This document shows, one piece after another, positions 10,073 to 20,201 of a DNA stretch of 61,878 nt. The stretch is taken from NCBI GenBank assembly GCA_934086775.1, contig CAKOIJ010000002.1, positions 1 to 61,878 of the forward strand. Direction: 5' to 3'. This stretch comes from an uncultured Bacilli bacterium (GTDB taxonomy: Bacteria; Bacillota_I; Bacilli_A; RF39; UBA660). A program made the translations under genes and the position numbers. Below the pieces are notes generated by a model. It was not told where the DNA came from and made no database searches. It was given only the letters and a program-made list of their open reading frames with translations. Positions within the stretch are counted from its first letter, which is position 1, and every line of letters starts with the position of its first letter.

Positions 10073-11347
10073 ATGAAGAAGTATACTGCAATAATTACGA
10101 TGTTGATAAGTTTCTTATTATTAACATTTTATTTAAAAATTACTAAAGAAGAAAATAATAAAGAAATATCTAACATAGAAAAGATGTTAGAAAAACCAGA
10201 AGGTATAGAAGCTTATACCTTAGATAATGAAAAAACTACAATATCTTATGAAAACTTAATTAACTATTATACTTTAGATAAAATAACATGTAAGAATGGA
10301 ACTATTGCTACTTTTAATAAAATTGATAATTCAGTAAGTTTATCTAATATACATATGCCTGATTATTGTACAATGAACTTTACTGATAAAACATTATATT
10401 CACATTTAATGAAAGACAATAGTACTATAAAAACAAGGACGGACTTTAGCAGTACATATACAGAAACAAATACTAACACATTATTTAAAAGTACAGAAAG
10501 TATAGCAGGAAGCACACCTGTTACAGTATATTATTTTAGTGGAAATGCTAAAAATAACTGGGTTAAGTTTGCTGGTTACTACTGGAGAATAATAAGAACT
10601 AACCATGATGGAAGTGTGAGACTACTTTATTCAGGAACAAGTCCTGATACAACTGAGGGATATATAGGTACAAGTGCATTTAATACAGAATTTAATAGTC
10701 CTAAATATGTAGGATATATGTATGGAAGTGCAGATACTACATTAAATGAAGCAATAGCTAATACAAATAATAGTACAATAAAAACATATATAGATAACTG
10801 GTATAGTACAAACCTATCAAGTTACTCAAAATATATAAGTACAGAAGCAGTATACTGTAATGATAGAGAAGTAGAAGGTGGGACCTATAACACCGGGAAT
10901 ACGGAATTCTACTATGTTGCATACATAAGACTAAATACAAATAATCTGCCAAGTTATAATTGTGAAAACTCAAGAGATGCATTTTCGGTAAGTAACAGTG
11001 AAGCAATACTCAAATATTCGATAGGACTTATGACAGCAGATGAAATAACGTTTGCTGGAGGGTATAGATATACAAATTTATCTAGTCCATATACATGGTA
11101 TTATACAAATAGTAAGGGTTCAAGTATAACAGAAAGTATCTACTGGTGGCTGGGGTCAGCAGATTACTGGGATGGTGATTCTGCTCGTTCGTGGCATGCG
11201 GACGGTTCTGGCTATCCTGGTTACCTCGGTGGCGGAGGTGTTAGATATTCGCTTGGTGTAAGACCAGTTATTAGCATTAAAGGAGATGTTATATATTCTT
11301 CAGGAAATGGAAGTGCTGAAAACCCATACACAATAAAAGAAGTATAA
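10073..11347 (+). CDS. Membrane-anchored/secreted DUF6273/DUF1566-like (lectin-fold-like) protein
   Basis: N-terminal hydrophobic anchor. C-terminal YWWLGSADYW ... SWHADGSGYPGYLGGGGVRYSLGVRPVISIK matches the W..S...W...G...VRPV pattern of this fold. Paralogous to ORF 2..514. Confidence 0.6.
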   Translation: MKKYTAIITMLISFLLLTFYLKITKEENNKEISNIEKMLEKPEGIEAYTLDNEKTTISYENLINYYTLDKITCKNGTIATFNKIDNSVSLSNIHMPDYCTMNFTDKTLYSHLMKDNSTIKTRTDFSSTYTETNTNTLFKSTESIAGSTPVTVYYFSGNAKNNWVKFAGYYWRIIRTNHDGSVRLLYSGTSPDTTEGYIGTSAFNTEFNSPKYVGYMYGSADTTLNEAIANTNNSTIKTYIDNWYSTNLSSYSKYISTEAVYCNDREVEGGTYNTGNTEFYYVAYIRLNTNNLPSYNCENSRDAFSVSNSEAILKYSIGLMTADEITFAGGYRYTNLSSPYTWYYTNSKGSSITESIYWWLGSADYWDGDSARSWHADGSGYPGYLGGGGVRYSLGVRPVISIKGDVIYSSGNGSAENPYTIKEV

Positions 11348-11384
11348 TGTTAACAACTAAGCAATTATTAACACATAAAAAACT

Positions 11385-11421
11385 AATGTTGATAAATCTA
11401 GTTTTATCAACATTTTTCTTT
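11385..11421 (+). terminator. Intrinsic terminator
   Basis: aatgttgataaa / tttatcaacatt 12-bp stem followed by tttttcttt. Confidence 0.7.
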
Positions 11422-11471
11422 ACAAAATAAATTAAATAGTATAAAATACATACCAAAGGAGTAGTTGTATT

Positions 11472-12374
11472 ATGGATAATAATGAAATACTATTTGTTAA
11501 CGGTATAGTAAAAGAATTAATAAATTTCTCAAAAACTGAATACAAATTATTAGAAATATTAATTAATCTGGAAATTAAAGAAAAAGTAGATACTCCAGAA
11601 TATGATGAAATAATAAAAAAATACAGATTTTTAGAAGAAGTAATTGATGGAGAAATAAATAAATTAAATACAAGTAAAAGAATAACTTTTGCTGATAACA
11701 TAATAATGGGCCTCATGTATAAAATATGTGATGACCCTATTAAAGAAAGGAATATTGAAGCTTTAACTGTTCTTCGTCTTAATAAAAGAATAGATACTTT
11801 GCAAACTATAAAAACATCAAAAAACAAAGAGATAGATAAGCTAATAGAAACAATAAGACTATCTCAAGCATATGATATGATAAACTCAGTATTATATTAC
11901 CTGCATGATTACTCGAATTTAGATAATAATAATGAATTAAAAAACAAACTAATAGAATATAAATACAATCTTTCCTACATAACATTTGTAACAGAAGGAG
12001 CAATGTTAAACATAAAATACAAAAAACCAGAAAAATTAGTTTTAATAGGTGAATATTATATGAAAAAATATGCTAAAAATTTTAGAAATATTACTTTTGA
12101 AGAAGATACTTATCTAAGTATATTAATAGATAAAATTAAAAGAATAATTAATTACACAGAAAAAGACTTGGAAGACATAGAAACTTTAGAAGAATTAGCC
12201 ATATCACTAGCGCACATAAAAGCAGCATCATTAAGACTAGATGAAGAACTAATTAACAAAATTAATAAAAGTGTCGCAGCAAAAACAGAAAAAGTTGCTA
12301 GTCTTTTACAGAGTACTTTATATAGCGCTATAAAAGAAAAACATAATGTATACTACTTAAAAAAGGTTCTCTAA
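11472..12374 (+). CDS. Hypothetical protein (helical, K/E-rich, no recognised motif)
   Basis: 300-aa ORF preceded by an AAGGAG RBS; no family recognised by eye. Confidence 0.45.
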   Translation: MDNNEILFVNGIVKELINFSKTEYKLLEILINLEIKEKVDTPEYDEIIKKYRFLEEVIDGEINKLNTSKRITFADNIIMGLMYKICDDPIKERNIEALTVLRLNKRIDTLQTIKTSKNKEIDKLIETIRLSQAYDMINSVLYYLHDYSNLDNNNELKNKLIEYKYNLSYITFVTEGAMLNIKYKKPEKLVLIGEYYMKKYAKNFRNITFEEDTYLSILIDKIKRIINYTEKDLEDIETLEELAISLAHIKAASLRLDEELINKINKSVAAKTEKVASLLQSTLYSAIKEKHNVYYLKKVL

Positions 12375-12388
12375 AAAAGAACCTTTTT
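12361..12388. terminator. Bidirectional terminator shared by ORF 11472 and clpP
   Basis: aaaaggttct / agaacctttt stem flanked by A and T runs, overlapping both convergent stop codons. Confidence 0.65.
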
Positions 12389-12953
12389 ATAATACCTGAT
12401 CAACTAATCCATATTCTAAAGCTTCATCTGCATCTAAAAAATAATCTCTCTCAGTATCTTTAGTAATCTTACTTAAACTTTTACCAGTATTAAGAGATAA
12501 AATTTTGTTTATCTTCTTTTTAAGTTTAATAATTCTTTCAGCAGCAATTTTAATTTCGGTAGCTTGTCCACTTGCACCGCCAAGGGGTTGATGAATCATA
12601 ACCTCACTATTTTTAAGTGCAATTCTCTTTCCCTTTTCCCCGCTACTTAAAAGGAAAGCTGCCATAGATGCACACATACCAACACAAATAGTAGAAACGT
12701 CACTTTCAATAAAATTCATAGTATCATAAATAGCCATTCCGGCCGTAACAGAACCACCAGGGCTGTTAATATATAGGTAAATATCGTCGTTGCTTAAACT
12801 ACTAAGATAAAGAAGCTCACTAACAACTAAATTAGCAGTTTCATCAGTAATCTCACCACTCAAAAAAACAATCCTATCCTTAAGAAGCCTACTATAAATA
12901 TCAAAAGCTTTATACATCCCATCTTCCTTATCAACAATTGTTGGAATAATCAT
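12387..12953 (-). CDS. clpP: ATP-dependent Clp protease proteolytic subunit ClpP
   Basis: IPTIVDKE...[15 protein letters not shown], catalytic-Ser context [17 protein letters not shown] motif. Confidence 0.95.
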   Translation of the reverse strand: MIIPTIVDKEDGMYKAFDIYSRLLKDRIVFLSGEITDETANLVVSELLYLSSLSNDDIYLYINSPGGSVTAGMAIYDTMNFIESDVSTICVGMCASMAAFLLSSGEKGKRIALKNSEVMIHQPLGGASGQATEIKIAAERIIKLKKKINKILSLNTGKSLSKITKDTERDYFLDADEALEYGLVDQVL

Positions 12954-13059
12954 ATTAAATCACCTATAAATATATTTACGAAAAAAATAAAAAAATATAC
13001 AAATAATAAGGCAAAAATCTAAAAATTTGATATAATATATATGAAAGTAGGTGCTATAC

Positions 13060-14709
13060 ATGAATAATGACATAATAGTAGATATTGAAAATGTAGGTTC
13101 GGTGGTACTAAAAGAAGGAACTACTATAGAAGAAATAATAAATAAACAAAATTTAGAAAATGAAATAATTGCAGCCTCGATAAATGGAGAAGTAGTCGAG
13201 CTAGATTATAAACTTTATGAAGATACAAAAATAAAACTAATAGACTTAAAAAATATAAATGGCGCTAGAATATATAGAAGTGGTCTTAAATTTCTCTATA
13301 TAACTGCTGTAAAAGAATTATTTGGAAGTGGCACTAATGTTGAATTAAAACATTCATTAGATAAAGGAATATATACCAGAATAAATATGGATGTAAATGA
13401 AAAAACAATAAATGAAATAAAAAATAAAATGCTAGAACTATCAAAAGAAAATAAAAGAATAAAAAAAGTTCAGGTACCAAGAAAAGAAGCACTTAGCTAC
13501 TTTAAAAATATCAAAGAAAATGAAAAAGCAAGTATCTATGAGCAAATGTCAGATGAAGTAGTAACACTTTATAAATTACTAGACTACTATAACTATTTTT
13601 ATTCCCAAATGCCAGTCAGCACGAAAATATTAAATAAATTTGATTTAACTTTAACTAAAGATGGAGCAATAATTCTTGAATATCCAGAAAGAGAAAATTT
13701 GATTATTCCAAAATATACCCATATAGAAGGAGTATTAAACGTATTTAAATTATATTCAAATTGGTCAAAATTATTAGGTGTCAATTATGTAGGAGAAGTA
13801 AATGATATAGTAATAGATGGCAAAATAAAAGAATTTATTGAACTTAATGAAATTAAACAAAATAGTGATTTAAATAATGTGGCAAACACAATTGAAAACA
13901 ATATTGACAAAATTAAAGTGGTCTTAATTGCGGGTCCATCTAGTTCAGGAAAAACAACAACCAGTAAAAAATTATCATTATACCTTAAAAATAAAGGAAT
14001 AGACACATTTGTACTATCAACTGATGATTTCTTTTTAGAAAGAAAAGACACACCTAAAGATGAAAATGGTAACTACTTATTTGACATACCCGAAGCAATA
14101 GATATTAACCTATTTAATCAAAAATTAAATGATTTACTAAATAAAAAAGAATGTATGTTACCAACATATAATTTCCTAACTGGAGAAAAAGAATACAAAG
14201 GAAAACCAGTTAAAATAAAAGAAAATGAAATAATTATAATAGAAGGAATACATACATTAAATGAAAAATTAACTTCTAGTATAGATAGGAAAAATAAACT
14301 TAAAATATATATTAGTCCATTCACCCCACTGGGACTAGATAGACACAATCATGTATCAACCCTTGATATTAGGTTAATAAGAAGATTAGTAAGAGACTAT
14401 AGAACAAGAGGTTATAGTGCTTCCGAAACTCTTAAAAATTGGCAAGTAGTAAGAAAGAGTGAAGAAAAATATATATTCCCTTACCAAAAAGAAGCAGACA
14501 TAGTTTTAAATACAGCACTAATATACGAATTGGGTGTACTTAAAACTTATGCAGTACCACTATTATATTCAGTAAAAATGGATGATGAATATTATGGTGA
14601 AGCATTAAGAATAATTAACTTTTTAAGATATTTCTTAAACATTTCTGAAAGTGATGTTCCAAGTACTGCTGTATTAAGGGAGTTTATAGGTAATGGATAT
14701 TTTGAATAA
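13060..14709 (+). CDS. TGS-like domain fused to a uridine kinase/phosphoribulokinase-family P-loop kinase
   Basis: Walker A GPSSSGKTTTSKKL. The N-terminal ~60 aa has a TGS-like beta-grasp pattern (ASINGEVVELDYKL). ATG 13060 follows an AGGTG RBS. Confidence 0.7.
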   Translation: MNNDIIVDIENVGSVVLKEGTTIEEIINKQNLENEIIAASINGEVVELDYKLYEDTKIKLIDLKNINGARIYRSGLKFLYITAVKELFGSGTNVELKHSLDKGIYTRINMDVNEKTINEIKNKMLELSKENKRIKKVQVPRKEALSYFKNIKENEKASIYEQMSDEVVTLYKLLDYYNYFYSQMPVSTKILNKFDLTLTKDGAIILEYPERENLIIPKYTHIEGVLNVFKLYSNWSKLLGVNYVGEVNDIVIDGKIKEFIELNEIKQNSDLNNVANTIENNIDKIKVVLIAGPSSSGKTTTSKKLSLYLKNKGIDTFVLSTDDFFLERKDTPKDENGNYLFDIPEAIDINLFNQKLNDLLNKKECMLPTYNFLTGEKEYKGKPVKIKENEIIIIEGIHTLNEKLTSSIDRKNKLKIYISPFTPLGLDRHNHVSTLDIRLIRRLVRDYRTRGYSASETLKNWQVVRKSEEKYIFPYQKEADIVLNTALIYELGVLKTYAVPLLYSVKMDDEYYGEALRIINFLRYFLNISESDVPSTAVLREFIGNGYFE

Positions 14710-14722
14710 AAGGAGAAAAAGA

Positions 14723-15727
14723 ATGATAAGAGTAGCGATTAATGGCTTTGGTAGAATAGGAAGATGTGCTTTAAGACAAATAATGGATAGAAAAGATATG
14801 GAAGTAGTAGGAATAAATGACTTAACAGACAGTTTAACGCTTGCCTATCTTTATAAATATGACTCTGTTCACAGAACACTAAATAGTAAAGTTGCATGTG
14901 AAGATGACTACATAGAAATAGATGGTAAAAAAATAAAAGTCTTTAGCGAAAGCGATCCAAATAAATTACCATGGGAAGAATTAAAAGTAGATATCGTACT
15001 TGAGTGTACTGGAGCTTTCACATCCAAAGAAAAAAGTATGGCTCACATAAACGCAGGTGCAAAAAAAGTTCTCATCAGTGCGCCAGCAAAAGACGAATGT
15101 AAGACAATAGTTTATGGAGTAAATGAAAAAATAATAGATAAAGAAGACATAGTATTAAGTGCAGCATCATGTACAACAAACTGCTTAGCACCTGTACTTA
15201 ACTTACTAAATAAATGCTTTATAGTTGAAGCAGGATTTATGTCTACAGTTCATGCCATAACAAATGATCAAGAAACACTTGATATTCCACACAAAAAAGG
15301 AATAGAAAGTAGACGTGGAAGAGCAGCTTCACTTAACATTGTACCAACCTCAACTGGAGCTGCAAGTACTATAGGAAGAGTAATACCTGAATTAAATGGC
15401 AAATTAGAAGGAGCCTCATACAGAGTGCCAGTAGGAGACGGAAGTTTAATTGATTTAATGGTTAATGTAAAAAAATCAGTTACACCAGAAGAAGTAAATG
15501 ACATGTTTAAAGGAAACGCATCTGATGTAATAAAAATAGTAAATGTTCCACTTGTAAGTTCAGACATAATAGGTACAACAGAAGGAGCAATTGTAGATGG
15601 ATTACTTACAAAAACAATTAATACTAATGACTTACATATTATAAAAGTATCAGCTTGGTATGATAACGAGTGGGGTTACACTAGTCAAATGCTTAAAACA
15701 GCGCATTATTGGTGCAAAAAGTACTAA
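14723..15727 (+). CDS. gap: Glyceraldehyde-3-phosphate dehydrogenase
   Basis: MIRVAINGFGRIGR and active site SCTTNCLAP, WYDNEWGY. ATG 14723 follows AAAGGAG; the track start 14693 lies inside the upstream gene. Confidence 0.95.
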   Translation: MIRVAINGFGRIGRCALRQIMDRKDMEVVGINDLTDSLTLAYLYKYDSVHRTLNSKVACEDDYIEIDGKKIKVFSESDPNKLPWEELKVDIVLECTGAFTSKEKSMAHINAGAKKVLISAPAKDECKTIVYGVNEKIIDKEDIVLSAASCTTNCLAPVLNLLNKCFIVEAGFMSTVHAITNDQETLDIPHKKGIESRRGRAASLNIVPTSTGAASTIGRVIPELNGKLEGASYRVPVGDGSLIDLMVNVKKSVTPEEVNDMFKGNASDVIKIVNVPLVSSDIIGTTEGAIVDGLLTKTINTNDLHIIKVSAWYDNEWGYTSQMLKTAHYWCKKY

Positions 15728-15954
15728 AAATGTGCTTTTTTAATTTGACTAAATTAGAATTAGGTAAAAAAACAGACTAAAATGGCATGAACAAAATGAA
15801 AAAATAAAAAAAGTATTAATAGAAAAATATTTAAATAATAGAGGGCAAAATTAAAATTAACCTAAAAAAATTATCAGTAAACTTTGTGTATATAAATGAA
15901 TAAATTTAATTCAAAACAGAATATTAATAGTATAATAATTATAAGGTGAGTAAA

Positions 15955-17088
15955 ATGCAAACACTAAAAGATATAAATTTAGAAAACAAAAAAGTGATAC
16001 TAAGAGTAGACTATAATGTAAGTATTAAGGATGGTAAAGTAATAGATAATAATAGAATAAAAGCATCACTGGAAACAATAAATTATTTATTAGAAAAAAA
16101 TGCTAAAATAATTATTATGTCCCATTTAGGCAAAGTAAAAACCAAAGAAGATTTAAATAACTCGTTATTGCCAGTAAAAGAAGAATTAGAAAAACTTCTT
16201 AACAAGAAAATTTACTTTAGCAGTAAATTAAAAGGAAAAGAACTGGAAGAATTAGTAAAAAACCTAAAAGAAAAGGACATATTACTTCTAGAAAACACAA
16301 GGTTCATGGACTATCCTGACAAATTAGAAAGTAACTCAAATGAAGAATTAGCTAAATACTGGGCATCTTTAGGAGAAGTATTCATACTAGATGCTTTTGC
16401 ATCATGCCATCGAGAGCATACATCAACTTATGGAATAAGCAAATATTTACCACATGCAGTAGGGTTTCTAGTGTTAAAAGAAATAGAGGAATTAAAGAAA
16501 ATAAAAAATGAAAATAAAACGCTTTTATTAGGAGGAGCGAAAGCAGAAGACAAAATAGGGGTAATAAAAAATCTATTACCTACAACAGAAAAAGTATTAA
16601 TAGGAGGTAGAATGAGTGCAACTTTCCTAAAAAGTGAGAATATTAATGTTGGTAAAACATTAGTAGAGGATAACCTACTTGAAGAATGTAAAAAACTAAT
16701 CAAAACAAGCAAAATAGTACTTCCTATAGATGTTATAACAGAAAATGGTATAAAAGAAATAGGACATATTAATAATGATGAAACAATATATGATATTGGA
16801 CCTGAAACAATTAACATGTTTAAAAAAATGTTACATAATAGACCATTGATAATTATTAATGGAACTATGGGAAAATATGAAGATGATAATTATGAAAATG
16901 GTACAAAAGAATTGTTTAACTTTCTAAAACAAACAAAAAGTAAAGTAGTAGTTTTGGGTGGAGATGCAGGAGCAGCATCAAGAAAATATAACTTTACACC
17001 TAGTTACTTATCTACAGGTGGTGGAGCATCACTTGAATACCTAGAAGGAAAATCATTAAAACCTTTAGAAATAATGGAGGCAAAATGA
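15955..17088 (+). CDS. pgk: Phosphoglycerate kinase
   Basis: VILRVDYNV, IIMSHLGK, GGGASLEYLEGK motifs; ATG 15955 follows AAGGTGA. Confidence 0.95.
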   Translation: MQTLKDINLENKKVILRVDYNVSIKDGKVIDNNRIKASLETINYLLEKNAKIIIMSHLGKVKTKEDLNNSLLPVKEELEKLLNKKIYFSSKLKGKELEELVKNLKEKDILLLENTRFMDYPDKLESNSNEELAKYWASLGEVFILDAFASCHREHTSTYGISKYLPHAVGFLVLKEIEELKKIKNENKTLLLGGAKAEDKIGVIKNLLPTTEKVLIGGRMSATFLKSENINVGKTLVEDNLLEECKKLIKTSKIVLPIDVITENGIKEIGHINNDETIYDIGPETINMFKKMLHNRPLIIINGTMGKYEDDNYENGTKELFNFLKQTKSKVVVLGGDAGAASRKYNFTPSYLSTGGGASLEYLEGKSLKPLEIMEAK

Positions 17089-17774
17089 AAACGATAATCC
17101 TAAATCATAAAAGTTATTTAAGTTATGAAGAAGTCAAAAAGTACAAAGAAGAAATAGAAAAAATAAAAACAAAAGAAAACATAGTTTTAATGCCAAACAT
17201 TGCATATTTATCTATGTTTAATAATTCAAAACTAAATATAGGAAGTCAAAACTTTTATAGTTACAACTATGGTTCTTATACAGGAGAAATATGCTTAGAA
17301 AGTTTAAAAAGTATGAACATTAAATATACTTTGGTTGGACATCCAGAAAGATTACTTCTTAATTTAGATACATACATAAAAATAAAAGATAAATTGTTTA
17401 GAAGTTTAAATATGAAATTTCAAACAGTACTATGTATAGGTCATGATGAAAATATTAAAACAATTAAAAGAGAATTAAAATATTACTTAAGAAATATTGA
17501 ATACGATTCTTTAAAAAATTTAATAATTGCCTACGAACCAGCAAATAAAATAGAAGGAGAAGTAGTTAACTTAAAAAATATACAAAACACATATAACTAT
17601 ATAAAAAAATATATAAATAAACATTTTGAAATTGATATTCCTATCATATATGGAGGTTCTGTAAACAAACTAAATATCAATGATATTCTAAAAATAACGG
17701 ATGGAGTATTAATAGGAAAAATCTCGTTAGACATAAATGAAGTAAAAGATATACTAAAAAATCTAGATTACTAG
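17085..17774 (+). CDS. tpiA: Triosephosphate isomerase, divergent
   Basis: NHK (Asn/Lys), SYTGEI, VGHPER (His), AYEP (Glu) and IYGGSV are all present in TIM order; position is after pgk. The loop-6 sequence is atypical. Confidence 0.75.
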   Translation: MKTIILNHKSYLSYEEVKKYKEEIEKIKTKENIVLMPNIAYLSMFNNSKLNIGSQNFYSYNYGSYTGEICLESLKSMNIKYTLVGHPERLLLNLDTYIKIKDKLFRSLNMKFQTVLCIGHDENIKTIKRELKYYLRNIEYDSLKNLIIAYEPANKIEGEVVNLKNIQNTYNYIKKYINKHFEIDIPIIYGGSVNKLNINDILKITDGVLIGKISLDINEVKDILKNLDY

Positions 17775-17782
17775 ATTTTTTT
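17760..17782 (+). terminator. Intrinsic terminator overlapping the tpiA stop
   Basis: aatctag-atta-ctagatt stem followed by ttttt. Confidence 0.55.
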
Positions 17783-17886
17783 GCATTTAATGAACAGAAT
17801 TAATCACTTTGCACAAAAAATAATATTTTAACTAATTTTATTTTTATAATGAATTTATTAAAAAGAATAATGAAAGAGGAAACAAA

Positions 17887-18639
17887 ATGAAGAAAAAAAT
17901 TTTAGTAGTAGATGATAACAAAGTAATGGTTGAAATGTTGAAAGAGTTTTTTTCACAAAGTGGGAATATTGAAGTAGCAGGTACTGCATTTAATGGTGAG
18001 GAGGCATGGGAAAAAATAGAAAAAACAGATTATGATTGCATTTTACTAGACTTAATCATGCCAAAAAAAGATGGAATATATGTATTAGAAAAAATAAAAG
18101 AAAATAATTTAAAAAGAAATATAATAGTAATTACTAGTTACAACGAACAAGAAACAATTAGAAATGTAAGTGAATTTGGAGTAAGATACTTTGTATTAAA
18201 ACCATTTGATCTAAAAGATTTAGAAAAAAGAATAATAGCTGTCTGTAAGGAAAGAAGTCCAGAGGTAATAGATTTAAAATTAAATGAATTACAAATTAAA
18301 ATTTCTAAAATACTTCACGAACTAGGTATACCTTCACATATAAAAGGATACCAATACATAAGAGATGCAATTTCAATGGTTTATTCAAATGAAGGTTTAA
18401 TAGGTGGAATAACTAAGGAATTATATCCAGAACTTAGTAAAAAATATAGTGCTAGTGTAACAAGAATAGAAAGAGCTATTAGACATGCAATAGAAGTATC
18501 TTGGAACCGAGGGGACTGGAACTTAATGGAAGAAATATTTGGCCATTCAGTTGACATAGATAAAGCAAAACCAACAAATTCAGAATTCATAGTAACAATT
18601 GCAGATAAAATAAGACTAGACAAAATAAAAATTAGCTAA
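17887..18639 (+). CDS. spo0A: Sporulation master response regulator Spo0A
   Basis: REC domain (ILVVDDN ... LLDLIMPKKDG) plus the diagnostic Spo0A C-domain HIKGYQYIRDAISMVY ... RIERAIRHAIEVSWNRG ... KAKPTNSEFI. Confidence 0.92.
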   Translation: MKKKILVVDDNKVMVEMLKEFFSQSGNIEVAGTAFNGEEAWEKIEKTDYDCILLDLIMPKKDGIYVLEKIKENNLKRNIIVITSYNEQETIRNVSEFGVRYFVLKPFDLKDLEKRIIAVCKERSPEVIDLKLNELQIKISKILHELGIPSHIKGYQYIRDAISMVYSNEGLIGGITKELYPELSKKYSASVTRIERAIRHAIEVSWNRGDWNLMEEIFGHSVDIDKAKPTNSEFIVTIADKIRLDKIKIS

Positions 18640-18692
18640 CTCTTTAAAAAAAATGAAACATGTGCTAGAATATATCTAGGTGAAAAGAATTA

Positions 18693-20201
18693 ATGAAAAA
18701 AATTATATTATTAATATTAGATGGATATGGAATAAATAAAAGTGATTATGGAAATGCTATAAAAGAAGCGAAAACACCAGTGATGGACAAACTATTAGCA
18801 GTATATCCTCATTCAGAACTAGAGGCAAGTGGTTTAGAAGTTGGTCTTCCTAAAGGTCAAATGGGAAATTCAGAAGTTGGACATATGACCATAGGAAGTG
18901 GAAGAATAAATCCTCAGGCTTTATCATATATAAATGACAAAATAAAATCAAAAGAATTTTTTAAAAATGAACTACTTAACGAAACAATGGATTATGTTAA
19001 TGAAAATAGTAGCACTCTTCATTTGATAGGTTTACTTTCAGATGGTGGGGTACATTCTAGTATAAATCATTTCTATGCAACACTAGCTGCAGCTAAACTT
19101 AAAAAAGTAGAAAAAGTAGTATTTCACTTTATTACAGATGGAAGAGATACTCCAAGGACTAATGGAATAAAATATGTAAATGATTTCATGGAAAAAGCAA
19201 AAAAACTTAATACAGGAGTAATAGGCACAATAAGTGGAAGATACTATGCAATGGATAGAGATAACAGATGGGAAAGAATAAAAAAAGCATATAATGCTAT
19301 AGTTTATGAAAGTGGAAATGTATTTCCAAACGAAAACATATGCTTTAAAGAACACTATAAAAGAGATATAACAGATGAATTCATAAACCCAAGTATAATA
19401 AATCCTTCTTGTACTATAAAAGAAAAAGACGCAGTTATATTCATAAACTTTAGACCCGAAAGAATGAAAGAATTAATAGATGCTCTAACAGATCCTAATT
19501 TTAAAATGTTTAAAACAAAGCATTTTGAAAAAACTAAATTCATTTCACTATTTAAAATACACAAAAATGTACCATACGCCTTTGATGTAGAAAGACCAAA
19601 AGATACATTAGGAGAATATTTAGATGAACTTGAATTTAACCAAGCAAGAATAGCAGAAACAGAAAAATATGCTCATGTGACTCATTTCTTTGATGGAGAA
19701 AAAGACATAAATAGTCCAAGAATAGAAAAATTCTTAGTACCAAGTCCAAATGTACCGACATATGACATGAAACCAGAAATGAGTATAGGCGAAGTAACAG
19801 AAACTGCCTTAAAAGAAATGGAAAACGACTATGACTTCATACTAATTAATTTTGCAAACCCTGACATGGTAGGTCACACTGGAAATTACAAAGCAGTCGT
19901 AGATGCAATTGAAATAACAGATTTCTGCATGGGTAAAATATATGAAAAAGCAAAAAGTCAATTCTATGAACTATTAATAACAGCAGATCATGGTAATGCA
20001 GAAAAAATGCTTAATAAAGATGGAACTCCAATAACTAGCCACACAACTAGTAAAGTACCATTCATAATATGTAATGATGAATACAAATTAAAAGAAGAAG
20101 GTTCCTTAAAAGACATTGCACCTACTATAATAGACATGTACGAAATTAAAAAACCAACCGCTATGACCGGAGAAAGTTTAATAATAAAAAATGAAAACTA
20201 A
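18693..20201 (+). CDS. gpmI: 2,3-bisphosphoglycerate-independent phosphoglycerate mutase
   Basis: LLILDGYG, GNSEVGHMTIGSGR, NFANPDMVGHTG, ITADHGNAE motifs. Confidence 0.95.
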   Translation: MKKIILLILDGYGINKSDYGNAIKEAKTPVMDKLLAVYPHSELEASGLEVGLPKGQMGNSEVGHMTIGSGRINPQALSYINDKIKSKEFFKNELLNETMDYVNENSSTLHLIGLLSDGGVHSSINHFYATLAAAKLKKVEKVVFHFITDGRDTPRTNGIKYVNDFMEKAKKLNTGVIGTISGRYYAMDRDNRWERIKKAYNAIVYESGNVFPNENICFKEHYKRDITDEFINPSIINPSCTIKEKDAVIFINFRPERMKELIDALTDPNFKMFKTKHFEKTKFISLFKIHKNVPYAFDVERPKDTLGEYLDELEFNQARIAETEKYAHVTHFFDGEKDINSPRIEKFLVPSPNVPTYDMKPEMSIGEVTETALKEMENDYDFILINFANPDMVGHTGNYKAVVDAIEITDFCMGKIYEKAKSQFYELLITADHGNAEKMLNKDGTPITSHTTSKVPFIICNDEYKLKEEGSLKDIAPTIIDMYEIKKPTAMTGESLIIKNEN

